A DNA stretch of 52,317 nt from Saprolegnia diclina VS20 (GCF_000281045.1 NW_008246162.1:101758-154074); one strand, 5' to 3'. Counted from the stretch's first letter, positions 33,616 to 46,100 are shown. Made by a program: numbers and translations. Notes: generated by a model from the sequence alone, not told the origin.

Positions 33616-36600
33616 ATGCTGAGGTACCGCCGGCCGACGACCGCGCGGAAGGGCCTGCGCGACGCGACCAACGACATGAAGCGACCCGCGCCAGGAGGAG
33701 GGAAGGAGGATGAGCCGTCCAAGACCCGGGGCTTCGAGGTCCCGATGAGCAAGAAGCGGCGGCTCCAGGTGGACGACGCCCCATCGCGGCCCATGACTAC
33801 GGACCGACGACCGCTCCACGACCCGCGCGATGCTCGAGGTACCAAGCACGGTATCGAGATCTACGAAGACCCGCGGGAAGACGTCGTCTCGAGTCGCCCG
33901 CCCTCGTCGGAGAACGGCTTGGTCACGAGTCTCTTCCAGAGCGGCCGCGGGAAGAGCGTGCTCCTTCCTGCCAAGAAGATCCAGGAGTACGAAATCAAGC
34001 TGTCAAAGCCCAGTGAAGACGAAGGCAAGGCCTTGGCGCCCGACACCGATCAAGCCCAATCGGCTGACCATCGACAATCCACGGCCGACGGCGCGGCGCC
34101 AGGAGCGCTCGTGTCCAGTTTGTTCCAGACGGGAAGCGGCCGCGCCGTGCAAGTCTCTGCCGAGAAGCTACGAAGCTACCAAAAGCAGCTCGAGGCCGAA
34201 GCTGCGAACGAGGAGACGGCCCGGGACGAGCCAAGTAGCAGCCGAGAAAGCATCGAACCCGCAGCACCTGCGATCCCGAGCCTTTTCCAGACAGGACGCG
34301 GACGGCATGTGCAAGTGTCCGCGGACTTGACCGCCAAGTACCGCGCATCATTCGAAGCAGCAGCGCCCGATGCCAGCAACGAGCAGGGGGAAGCACTGCC
34401 ACCAATGAAGCGCTCGGTGGCTGCACCATCGTCCAGCGGCGGCGTCACAAGTTTATTTTCAACGGCAGCGGGAGCATCCGTCAAGATCTCGGCAGCCAAG
34501 GTCCAGCAGTACCAAGAAGCGCTGTCTCGTGAAGTGACAGGCACCGACGTGGACTCGGCAACAACTGCCGAGCAACCAATCGTTCAATCATTGTTCGAGA
34601 CCGGCGCAGGCAAGCACGTGCACGTGTCCGCCGCCGTCGTCCAGCGCTACCAGCAACAGTTTGCCGCGAGCGACGACAATGAAGTTGCTCCCTCGGCCGC
34701 TGCGGACGGCTCCGAGACCGTCGCCAGTTTGTTTCAAACAGGGGCTGGACACAAGGTGCATGTATCGGCAGACAAGGTCAAGGCGTACACTAAGGCGTTC
34801 CAAGCCGACGCCGCTTCCTCATCCACTCATGATGCCGATGCAGTCGCACCAGAAGAAGAAAACGCGTTGAGCCTGTTCAGCACCGCCAGTGGTCGCAACG
34901 TCACGGTATCAGCCGAGAAGACCAAGGCGTACGAGCGTCTCTTTGACGCCGACACACCCGCAGACAATGATGTGATGGCACCCAAGGAGGCCCGCGACAC
35001 GACTCCCAGCTTATTTGCCACGGGCAGCGGACAGCAAGTCGACGTCTCGCGCCAAAATGTCCGTGCGTATGAAGCCAAGCTGCAACGCGACGACTCAGCT
35101 TTTGTGGCTCTGCCGACGGAAGAAGCTGGACCGTGGCGTCCTTCTGGATCGGATGAAATGCTGACGACCAAGCCAAACCCGCAGCGTCGCGTAACGTTTG
35201 CTCCCGGTGATATGCCTCGGGTCGCAGAGAACCCTGTACCTCGCTCAGCTGCAGCGAAGCCGGCGATGTCATCTACCAACAACGGTCGTCGGGCCTTCCA
35301 ACCGCCGCGCCGCAAGTCGATGCCCGCGCCGTCAGTTGTTGCCCTCGAGCTCGGTGTACCCAAGCCCAAGCCCAAGGAGATCGTTGTTCAAACCAAGTCC
35401 AAGTACAAGGCTCCAAAGATGACAACAGTCTCATTTCACGACTTGCATCCGTCAGCCTCGCCGGCCACGAGCGTATGTGTCGACGCTATCACGGCGTCCA
35501 ACGCCCTTTTGGTCCACTTTGGGCCCCACGGCAACCCAACTCTCGTTCCGTCGTTCGGAGCCTCCTCTGTGCACCTTTTGTACGCAACGATGGTCTCGAA
35601 CCAATTCATTAAACCAGCACTTGGCGCGACGCTGCCTTGGTTTCTCAACCACTTTCGCTGGATTGTCTGGAAGTGCGCGAGCATGGAGCGCACGTTCAGC
35701 GCAGACCTGGCGGGGAAATACCTTACCCTCGATCAAGTCACGTTTCAGCTCACACGACGCTTTCAGCGTGAACTTGAGGTTTGGATACGGCATCCGCTAT
35801 GGCTAATCTTCGTCATAGCAAAGCCACCGGTCCGTTCTCAGGAAGATCTACCAGCGCGATGCGCACTCGGGCAATGCAATGGTCCTTCTCGTCGTTGCCA
35901 CGTACCCGACGCATTGGGTGCTGAGCGACGGGTGGTACGCCGTCTTTGCATTGCCGGACGAGTACCTGCTCGGGCGCGGCAACAAGAGCCTCGTCGGCGT
36001 CAAAGTCATTGTCTGGAACGCTAGCTTGATCAACTGCAACGAAGGAATTGACCCGCTCGAGTCGTCGATCCACGAGTCGCTCGACATGGCGTTCGACCCA
36101 AAGGCACACGCCCATCTCTCAATCAATGCCAACAGTACGCGACGGGTTCATTGGCGACTGCCCCTCGGTTTGGAAGACCGCCGTACGTCTACACCACATT
36201 TTGAACATTCGAAGTCGTGTGTGAACATGCGAATACACTAGGAAAACACCAGCTGCTTCAGAGTCTGCCATTGGGATCGCTCAAGCAACGCGGCGGTCTC
36301 GTGCGATCCCTCCGTGCCGTTGTCATGCGCTCATCGGGCCTTCTCTACTTGCAGCCAAAAGATGCAACGGGGCCGCGCGTCCTCACGGAAAAGATGATGG
36401 AGAAGTTCCCGCAGGCATTCGAGACGGCGGTGCCGTTCTTGCGCCTCAAGGTCGCATGCTCACACCCGTCCCATTCCGCTTCGCGCCATGCGACGCTAAG
36501 CGTGTGGCGGCCGTCCGAAGACGTTCACATTGTGTGCAAGGAAGGTGCCGAGGTCTTTGTGACGAGCGTGGCTGTGACGTGGAGTGCCGAGAAGAAGGAT

Positions 36601-37575
36601 GCTGAGCTCAACCTGAGCACGTCCAAACACTCTACGTTCACGCGCAGCACGGCGGACGACCTTGCACTTGTCCACGCCAGAGTGGGGTATGCGCCGCGAA
36701 CGTGCATGTCGATTGCGGACATTGGACCGACGTACATTGGCGACGCCGACGTCTGCGTTTACGTCATCCGCCTCTCGGAAGACAAGTCGCATGCGTTTGT
36801 GACCGATACGAGCCTCAAGCTCCTGAGCATCCGGCTACCCGTGGCACCAACCAAGGCTGTTCTCAAAATGTGGCAGGTACAAAAATCCCATCTAAAATCT
36901 GGCGCCTCACCATGACGTCCCGAGTAGAAGGGTTCGATCGTGTGCGTTCGAAATCTCCTCGTGTCGCACTATGACGAAGGCCTCGGTCTTCTCGATTCGG
37001 TGCTGACCGACACGGCGGAAGCAACGACGCAGCCGTCCAAGACGTCGTACTTTGCCACCACCTTTGAGCAGCTCAAGCTTTCGATTGCCAACGGCGTCAA
37101 CCAGACCCTCATTCACGCGCTCGACGCGTACATCCTCTCGTCCATCTTGCACACCGTTGCGACCCAAGAGGCCATGATGACCCAAGACGACACCGGTCTG
37201 GACGTCGACATACCCGACGACGTGAAGGTTGAAGCCATCGAGGCACATGACATGACGATCGAAGGCCACCCGATGCATGTGGAACAGCTTCCAGACTCGG
37301 AGGACTATGGCGCAGTCGTCAGCGTCGACGTCGGCACGCGACTGTACGACGTCTACTTGCCCCGCACCGTGTGCGACCAGGCCACGGACCTCTTTGCACC
37401 CAACATTGGTCTGCTCTTGATCCGGCTCAATGTCAGGGTGCAGACAGACGACGTGAGCAGCAATAGTTGCCGACGCTGGGAGGTTGCGCATGCGACGAAG
37501 CTTGTCGCAGTCTCGGCCAGCATCGACTCGCCGACCGACCGCATCCGGGCGTTGCTGGAGGCGCTGCAAAGTTGA
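33616..37575 (+). CDS. BRCA2: BRCA2 homologue (8 BRC repeats, helical domain, OB folds), 4 exons
   Basis: Eight SLF-x-[TS]-[GA]-x-G-x-x-V repeats, WFLNHFRWIVWK.ASMER (helical domain), LSDGWYAV and SINANSTRRVHW..PLG (OB1). Introns at about 35779-35818, 36183-36241 and 36877-36927. Confidence 0.93.
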
Positions 37576-37639
37576 GTAACGTAATCGAATTGCAGCGTAC
37601 TACTTGTCTCTCTACATTTGGGTTTGGGATCTCTACGAC

Positions 37640-38586
37640 TTAGGCGTTGACATCGACCCACTTGGTCGTCTTGCGATGCTCGCGGGCGAGGATGCTTGCC
37701 AGCTCATGGTCGGCCAGCGTAACATCGTCGACGTCAAAGTGCTGCTGCAGGTGGTGGTTGAACGACTGGTAGAGTACGTCACGCGACGCCACGTAGTCCT
37801 TGAGCTTGCAGAGGAACTCGGTGTGGTCGCGCTTGGCGCGGTAAGCGGGCTGCTTGGCCGGGTTCTGGAGGTAGCGCATGTTGGCCGCGCTGTAGTCCCA
37901 AAGAAACGACGTGTGATGAAGCCACCGGTCCTTGCTAATGCCTACGCGCACCACCGTTTCTACATGTCGCCACTTCCTGCATGGCACGTACTCTGCGCAT
38001 TGCCAGCAAACTTGCGGTCGCCAAAGACATAGTCGTCTTCCCGCAGCGCAAACGACTGAAAGTAGGTTAGCATCCATGTATGCGAGCCAACGGGATACTA
38101 CCTCGGTGTGCTTGGTGATGTCATCGAAGAGCGGCGTGAAGAAGGTGGAGGACCAGTCCATGATCTCGCGCGGGTATGGCTTCACCTGCGGCTTGGCGCT
38201 CTACCCAGCGACGATCGCACCGGTGGAGATCAACGAAGAAGGCGGTACCGTGTTGACGATGAAGGTCGTAAAGAGCGTGTTGTCGTCGATGACGACGGTG
38301 CCTCCGCCGCTGAAGCGCTTGATGACCGGGACCTTGTCTCTACGCTCGCAGCGATACAGAGGATGATCATGCGCGACATCTACCTGGCGACAGCTTCAAC
38401 GTCGAGGAGCTTCTCGGGCTTCCCGGAGATGCCCATGACGATCTTCGGATCGCCGGTCCGCTCGTTCCAGATGAACCAGTTGTCGCGGTCCGCGCGGAAG
38501 AGCGCTTCCTCAAGCACGAGCTGGTCAAAGATCGAGACCTTCTGGAGGCGCAGGACGCGGAGCTTCGGCAGCACAGAGGCTCGCAT
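37640..38586 (-). CDS. Biotin/lipoate A/B protein ligase family (LplA-like), multi-exon
   Basis: QLVLEEALFR, IVMGISGKP, PVIKRFSGGGTVVID, DYVFGDRKFAGNAQ and RWLHHTSFLWDY. Confidence 0.9.
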
Positions 38587-38849
38587 TTCGGCAATTGCCA
38601 CCTCTCCGCATGATGGCATTTCATATCCGGATTCTACACAGTCGTAAAATCGACGCTTTTTGTTTTGAAAGCAGTATCGTTTTTTCTCCTTTTTTACAGG
38701 ATTGATTCTTGAATAATATATTTTGTGATAATAAAAGATCGACATAAATTGCAAAAGCGATACGTAAACGATGCAAATACGCCCGGGGCACAACTTGAAG
38801 CGCTAACCGGTGGTACAAAAGCACGAGATCGATCGAAGCTACACGAAGG

Positions 38850-39647
38850 ATGGCAGCAGCAGACAAGGGATGGATGCCCTTGGACATCGACTTTACGACG
38901 ACGGCTGATGAGCTCAAGGTACGAATTGCTATTTACGACAAGCTCGCAATGGGCCGAGGATCAGAAGGCAGTGAATACGGTCCTACGTAGCTCGGTATCG
39001 CCAAGATGCCGGCGGCGTGGACGCTCTTCCTTCTTGGCGATGGATCACCGACGCTCCACTTGGGTCTCTTGACAGGGTACTGCGTCACTTCACCTATGTT
39101 GCGAGCTTCTTTAACTGCGCGATGCCTTCCTATAGGTATACGACGGAAGTCGACGTCTTGAGCTTTGACTGCATTGGCGACTCGCCGGACCAAGCGCCCA
39201 CCGAGATCCAGGATATTGAAGGCCCGCGCCATCGTCGTCAAGTCTACCTACGCAACACAAACGGCGAGCGCCTCGGCTATGCGGCGTCGTGGTGGCACAG
39301 CAGCGATGTACCCACTGTGCACCACTTTCATTTGGATGCTCAGCGCCAACTAGATCGAAGCGCTCTTTGGTACGGACAAGACGCTGCCGATCGGCCGTCA
39401 AATCACGACCAAGAAGAAGGAGCTCTTCCGCGACATCAAGCATATCTTTCGTGGCCACTCGGTTGCGCTCGAGAAGGAGTTTGGCATGCAGGGACCGTTC
39501 TGGGGCCGCTCGTACCTCTTCTGGCAAGGCGGCCGGCCCATCACGCTCATTTACGAAGTGTTTTCGCCGCGCCTCGAAAAGTACTTGGGCGAAATTGACG
39601 TACCAGCACGGGACGCCGTCGCAGGCACGAGCACGAGCAGCTCGTAG
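38850..39647 (+). CDS. ycf21: Ycf21/DUF98-type chorismate pyruvate-lyase-like protein (cyanobacterial UbiC-like), 4 exons
   Basis: Manual splicing (introns 38919-38990, ~39077-39135, ~39308-39352) gives ...AWTLFLLGDGSPTLHLGLLTG.TEVDV...PRHRRQVYLR..GERLGYAASWW...LPIG...ELFRDI..IFRGHS..LEKEFG..GPFWGRSYLFW.GGRPITLIYEVFSP.LEKYLG. Confidence 0.88.
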
Positions 39648-39779
39648 TCGGTAGTTGGAGACGTCAAGACGCAATCAAGGCCACATTGTGTTTTTCTATT
39701 CTGCTTCTTCGTCCTGTGCTTCGTCTTCTCTGTCTGTATACACTAGAAAGCGACATGGACGTCGACTTCGCTGCTTGGC

Positions 39780-40139
39780 TTAGAGAGACAGGCGCTTGCG
39801 GCCCTTGAGGAAGCGGTTGTTGAGGACCTTGCGGCCGCCGAGCGACGCCTTGCGCACACGGAAGCCGAACTTGCGCTTTCGTCGTAATACACTAGGCTGG
39901 TACGTGCGCTTGATCGCAAGGATCGGGCCCATCGTGTCGTTCATCTCGGGGCACTCCATGACCGTCGGGATGATCATCGACGTCGTCGGGACCTGCGGGA
40001 TTGTCATGCCGAAGCTGGCCTGGATCGGCAGCACGCTTTGAGAAGGCGCGAACATGTCGAACGTGCTCATGCTACGGACGGGCGCCAGCGAGCGCGGGAC
40101 GGCCACGGCGCGGAGGAAGGGACGAGCGAACCGAAGCAT
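39780..40139 (-). CDS. MRPL34: Mitochondrial ribosomal protein bL34m with N-terminal targeting peptide
   Basis: [42 protein letters not shown], preceded by the Arg-rich presequence [12 protein letters not shown]. Confidence 0.93.
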   Translation of the reverse strand: MLRFARPFLRAVAVPRSLAPVRSMSTFDMFAPSQSVLPIQASFGMTIPQVPTTSMIIPTVMECPEMNDTMGPILAIKRTYQPSVLRRKRKFGFRVRKASLGGRKVLNNRFLKGRKRLSL

Positions 40140-40287
40140 CTTCTCTTTTGAACCAGCCAAACGAGGCCCACCCCTGTGGACGCGCTCTGATTGGCTGAAA
40201 TGCGAGTGAGGCCATTCGCCAAAATGCCACATGATTTTAGCCAATGGCATCTATATTACGTCGCGCCGCACAAACAGGACGACCACG
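40140..40287. promoter_or_regulatory. Compact bidirectional promoter (MRPL34/DPM2) with CCAAT boxes
   Basis: TCTGATTGGCTG at 40186-40197 and TTAGCCAAT at 40237-40245, within a 148-bp divergent gap. Confidence 0.6.
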
Positions 40288-40631
40288 ATGGTGGCGACGA
40301 CGGCCTGCAGGCCTAGAGCTCACTGCCATACGTAGGGTGCATCGTCCGACCAAACCGTGGGCGCGATCCTCCTCGCCATCTCCGTGAGCATGTTTGCGTA
40401 CTACACGCTCTGGGTCATCATCACGGTAGGAGTCTCACAAACCTTAGTTCATTCGACTGACCCAGCACTGCACAGCCCTTTGTCGACAAGGACCATGTCG
40501 TGCAAGGCTTCTTCCCAGACCGCCATTACGCAATTGCAATTCCTGCGATCCTTCTCGTCATCTTCTTGACGATCTGCTCTACGTTCATCGGTTTGGTCAT
40601 GATCAAGTCGAAACACACCAAGGAAGAGTAG
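40288..40631 (+). CDS. DPM2: Dolichol-phosphate mannosyltransferase subunit 2, 3 exons
   Basis: M/GASSDQTVGAILL...FAYYTLWVIIT/PFVDKDHVVQGFFPDRHYAIAIP...FIGLVMIKSK. Confidence 0.92.
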
Positions 40632-40763
40632 CTACAAATGACGAGCGTCTTGCTTTCAATCGTGCTGGCTACGAACTCGCCGCCTTCAAGTGACCTCTGC
40701 TGCATCGCTGTCAGTGGTGGATGCATATGATGATGTGTATAGTATTGACGGTCTCTAACAGGC

Positions 40764-41224
40764 TTATTGCAACGCTTCAGATAGCGAGGGCGCGTTCGGG
40801 TCTTGGTAGCCCATGTTGGCAATCTGGATCGCAGAAAAGCCCTGGGCCTTGAGCGACTGCACGCGGAGGGCCTCCATCTCCTTAACGTCGGCTTCGCGCA
40901 TGATCTCAATGCCGAGCGGGATGACCGTGAACAGCATCGTCGTCGAGATGATCCACGTGAAGCGGCCGCCCTTGTGCGCCAACTAGCATTGCACAATGTC
41001 ATCACCAGCCTTCATATTGCGTGCCACAATGGCGAGCGTACCTTGATCAATTGCTTCTTGAACCACGTGGCCCACTCGCCGGCCTGCTTCATGCGCTGCA
41101 TCATCATAGCCTAGGCAAGCTTTAGCATGTGGGCTGATGCATCAATCATGCGTACATGGAGGCCGCCCGTCGCGGGGGCTTGCTGCTGCTGTTCGAGCTT
41201 GCGCAGGGCGCTGATCGCAGACAT
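40764..41224 (-). CDS. TOM22: Mitochondrial import receptor Tom22 (short, Tom9-like form), 3 exons
   Basis: GRFTWIISTTMLFTVIPLGIEIMRE matches the Tom22 TM motif W-x-x-x-TT...P...E-x-x-RE. Manual splicing starts from MSAISALRK at 41224. Confidence 0.8.
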
Positions 41225-43113
41225 CGCCAAGTCAACGAAAAGAGATGAAGAATGGAAGTTCGAGACCAGTTATTTTCAACACCAAATGGTGTGAAAGGTA
41301 AGTCATGAAATAGAGTACTTTGGGATTGCGAGATATTTAAATATTGCATAGAATATCAAAGTTCGACTGACGTATTTCTAAATGATAGAAATGCCAACAA
41401 ATAGTGTCGGATTGATTTGGTGGGGGGAATAAAAACACCAACGACGACGTATGCCACGGGTTGTATTTTTATGCGAGGGAGAGACAGCCACGTCATGGAC
41501 TAAATGGACGCCACTTTACGGCGGATCCTTCCGGAAGGTCGCCAGCGCAACTCCGATGCCGGCGCCTGCACTGCTACTTCATTGCCCAGGGCAACGCACT
41601 AGTATGCAACGAGGCGCCACGTACTGAAGTCTGGTTGGATTTGAAACATCTGCAAAGGCGTACAAGGACGCCCTCTGCTTGCTTGCTCGAGTTGCTCGAG
41701 TGATCAGTTGTTGCGTTCAAACATCCATGTCACCTATGATAGGGTTCAACCTCAGTTGATTGACGAGCGCAGCTCGTTTGTGCAAAGTTTTGTGAGTGCG
41801 GCTCCCTTGGTAGCTGCCTGACCTCTGGGTTACTAGATGTTCAATCAACCGAATCGTTCTCGACTAGAATGTGAGGATCCATATTCGCTTTGCGGTGTTG
41901 AAGTGGCGGTATCTCGATTTATGATCGGCGTCGGCAAAGTGTCCTTGCAATAGTTTCTTGCGGAGAACGGCGCTGGTTGTATTGGGGTCACCAAGGTGCT
42001 CCTTCCTATGATAGGGTGTTTTCGTAGAGCACGGCAACTGGACACACCATGGGTACCTATGAAGGGAATCTCTCGGGTTGCTCCTTGCCCTTCCAGCGAT
42101 ACCGGTACATCAGCCCTACCCCGTGACCACAGGGAATTTCCTTGCCGTGGCGTGCTGCTGACGTTGCATCCCAGTGTGGCTCCTGCAGTTAGCTGTAGCG
42201 GGTTCCTCACTGTACTGCTCTCTGCAGCACCGTTTTACAAAGCCATGCGTGCGATGCGATATACAGGGTGTTCCTCGAGCACACGTGGATACTGAATCCA
42301 GCCGAGACAAACGTGCACCGGTGCAGATACTTGTAGGTACTGGCACCAGTACACTCGGAAACACTTCGTTTTCCAGTGCCGACCCCGCTTGGAGTAGCCA
42401 CAGTCGGCTTTCTACGGCTGGCGTAGCTGGCTTGCGTGCCCCAATGTTGCGAGTACTGTTGTTGAAGCAGTTGCGTCGTGCGATGGAGGCCACGAGTGTG
42501 CATCGGCAACTCGAATCCCACAGTCTTGGCACATCCTGCGTCCCGACGTCGATTGCTGGTTGGTGTCGACTGGATCACCGTCGTTCGACGACCAGCGCAC
42601 CCTTGGGCACGAGAAACCGGGTATTTCCGCGTGCCATCATTGCTACGGTGGCAGCAGCGTGCAGCGCGACTGCGTGTTTGGCCAGCGCCTCTCGACGACG
42701 AAGACATACACGTGACGCTCTTGGGTACCTCCGGACGCGATTGGTTGAAATGACAACCCAATTGGTGCCAATGAAAGATCGTCCAAGATCGCTGGCCAAA
42801 CAATAGGGGCAGGGACAATAATCTGGCATGAGCAGTATACTGCATCTAGTATACGAGTAGGTGGACTGTGTTGCGCATCGAGCCGAGTGGAGGGCGCTGG
42901 GCACCCGTGTATCGGGTAGCTGGTCAGCACCGGTCCGTGGTGAGAGGGCGGCTCTGGTCGGGCCTAAATTTGATGATATCCTAATTTGGCGCGTGTAATT
43001 CGGATGTCGTGCGTCGTCGCGAGTGATGGCCATCACTGAAAATCGGATTTCATTTGAATCTAGGATCGTCGTCCGAAAAAAAGGCGCACCATGTCAATCG
43101 CATGATGGTTGAC

Positions 43114-43129
43114 TTCATTTCTCAAATCG
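43114..43129 (+). promoter_or_regulatory. Inr-like core promoter of GH17 gene 1
   Basis: TTCATTTCTCAAATCG lies just upstream of the ATG at 43133. A near-identical motif precedes gene 2. Confidence 0.55.
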
Positions 43130-43132
43130 AGT

Positions 43133-46100
43133 ATGAAATCCTACTTGGCCCATGCGGTCGCGGCGTGGATAGCATGGCGCCCCGCGACTGCGCTGGACAG
43201 AGTCTTCTACGGCCTCGACTACGACGCGCGGACGTCGAGTGCCGGCGGCTGCAAGGACGACGCCGACGTCCGGCTCGACTTCCGCGCCATGGCCGCCGTG
43301 ACCAGCAACGTACGCATCGACAACATGGGTGAGCCCTGCGTGGAGCGCATCCTTGGCGTCGCCGCCGAGCACAACATGCGGGTCTGGCTCGGCCTCGCGG
43401 GTGACATTGACGCCGACCTCGATGCGTTCGAGCGCGACTTCCGCACCTTCCAGCGCCTCGTCAAGGAGAAGAAGGTCCGCAACGACAACGTGCTCGGTGT
43501 TGGCGTTGCATCCGAGGCCATCTACCGCCACTACATCCAGGGCCGGCGTGACTTTGCACAACGCGACGGCTCGGACAAGCTCATTGCGTACGCAGCCAAA
43601 ACGCGCGACTTTGTCCGCGCGAACGGCCTCAACTTCCCTGTGACCATCTCCGACGTCATGGACGCGTACAAGTACTCGGCCAACCTCTACGACGCGGTCG
43701 ACGTGGTCTCGGCCAACCAGTTTTCGCAGTGGGAGACGATCCCGGTCGAGGACGGCGTCAACACGATGTTCGACCGCCTCATCCCGATCCGCGCGCAGGC
43801 TGTGAAGCGCGGCAAGCCCATCATGATCATGGAGACGGGGTGGAGCCAGGCCGGTCAGAACCCGAGCATCGTCGCGGCGTCGCCCGAGTCGGCGGCGCGG
43901 TACCTCAAGGACTTTTTGGCGTTTGCGGACGAGCAGAACATCCAGTACTACTACTTTACGTCGTTCAACCTGCTCTTTGGCGGCGACAACGACTTTGGCC
44001 TCATCGAGAAGAACTTTGGCGTCTTTGACGAGCAGCGCAAGATCCACCCGCTCCTCGGCGCGGTCGAGGTCGGTCCTCGCCCGGTGGCTGTGCGTCTCTG
44101 GCACAACGGCAAGGTGATCAAGGTGAACGGCGCCAACACGCGCACGTACGGCCGCGTGTACTTGGGCGAGCCCAACTACGGCCTAACCGGTCACTACGAC
44201 GAAGAGATCTGGTTCTACTACGCGGAGAAGAACATGTTCAAGTCCAAGAGCAGCAACCAGTGCTTGGACACGTACGTCGACGGCGACGGCAACGACGTGC
44301 TCCATGTCTACAAGTGCGACAAAGGCAAATCGACACAAAAATGGTCGTTTGCACCGGACGGTGGCTTTGAGGTTGTCGCCGCGCCCAGCGTCGCATCGGG
44401 GCGCCGGTTTCTTCGCGGGGCGCAGTCGGAAGATCCGATGGAAGACAAGTGTGGCCACGATTGCGTCAACAACTGCCAGTTTGTCGGTGCTGGCTACACG
44501 CTCTGCTACGACGGCTGGAACCCGTACCAGTGCTCGCTCATGGGTCCGACCCACCATTGGTGCGGGGCGCCAACGCAAGCCAAGCCGGCGCGGGCGACCC
44601 GGCGACCCACCGCGCGGCCACCAACGGCAGCACCGACGACAACCGTAGCGCCGACGCCTCGGCCCACTATTCGACCAGAAACAACGGCACCGACACACGC
44701 ACCGACGCACGCACCGACGCATGCACCGACGCACGCACCGACGCACGCACCGACGCACGCACCGACGCATGCACCGACACCGGCACCGACAGTAGCGCCC
44801 ACACGACCGCCATCAACGCCTTCGCCAACATCCACGCCGAGCCCAGGGTTGCGGCACATGCATCCGATCGAGCCCGTGACGGCGGCGACGGGTATTCTCA
44901 TTTCGCATGGTCCGTCTGCCAAGTGCATTGGCGTCGGCGACGGCACCAACATGGTGCACTTGGCTACGTGTGGCTTTGGACCGTCGACAACGTTTAGCCT
45001 CCGAGCGCTCGGCACCGAGGAGGTCTACTTGCACCAAGGCGACGCCAAGCTTGTGAACGACTACGGCCTCGTGCGCGTGAGCTCGTCGGCGCCAGCGCCA
45101 GACGCAGCCATTTGGTTCTTCGACCCGATTGCGCAGACGATTCGGAGCAAGGCGAATGGCGACGCGTGCCTCGAGCTCGTCGGGGATGTCGTCGGTGGCC
45201 TCGTCGAGACGCGCTTGTGTGACGCGCGCAATGTCATGCAAAAGTGGCTTTACAACGACCGGACGGGCCAGGTGAGTCATTTTCTCAAGGCAATCATGTG
45301 CTTGGCAACCGACAAGGCCACGCGCGGCCTCCAAGTTCGGTATTGCGACGTCCAAGACCCGCTTCAAACGTTCATGGTCGGCCTTGTGCATGCGTCTCAG
45401 ACGCCGACACTTGATATCGACGATGCCAGCGATGACGACGATGTGACGCCGACAGTGACGACAAAGGCACCGATGACGTCAACGATTCAAGCACCGACGG
45501 GGGCACCGACCGCGGTAACGACGGGGGCACCGACTGCAGCAATGACCGTAGCGCCAACAACGGCGGCGCAGTTGCAGCAAAACACGAGCGCGCCACCTGA
45601 GCATCGACCGACACCAGCGCCGGACACGCCGCCTGTCGTTGCCGTCTTGCCGCATCCAGCCTCGTCACCGCCGGTTACGATGTCGCCACACCCGTCCCAA
45701 GGTTCCCTGACGACAGCACCAATGACATTGCCGATGGCCACCCAAGGGGCTTCACGGCCCACTGAAGTTGGACCGAAACAAACTGCTGCGACGCTTGAGG
45801 TCACGGCGGCACCCACTCAAGTCGCAACAACAGCTGTACCTGGAACGACGACGACGCGCGCGGCAACCACTGCACCGACAGTAGAGGCGCAGCTGTCGGT
45901 CACCGAGCCGGTCGCTCTGGAGCACACCGATCTGCCAAAGACGACCAGCGCAGCGTATCCAGTAACGTCCGATGCACCGACACCAATGGCCGTGGCCGTA
46001 CCGACCCCGGCGCCATCGCATCCCAGACCAAGTGAAGCTCTGGCACACCGGACACCGGCGGTAACGAAGCCCCAACCCGCATCGATGCACCTCCCGGTGA

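Noticed and set aside
3836..37575. Functional cluster of replication/repair/chromatin genes (RPB10, ORC3, RBBP5, SLD5, BRCA2)
   Set aside because: They are interspersed with unrelated genes over 34 kb, as expected by chance in a gene-dense housekeeping region.
42643..42930. Crinkler HVLVxxP-like motif (HVYVFVV)
   Set aside because: The match is weak, with no LFLAK motif or coherent CRN N-terminal domain.
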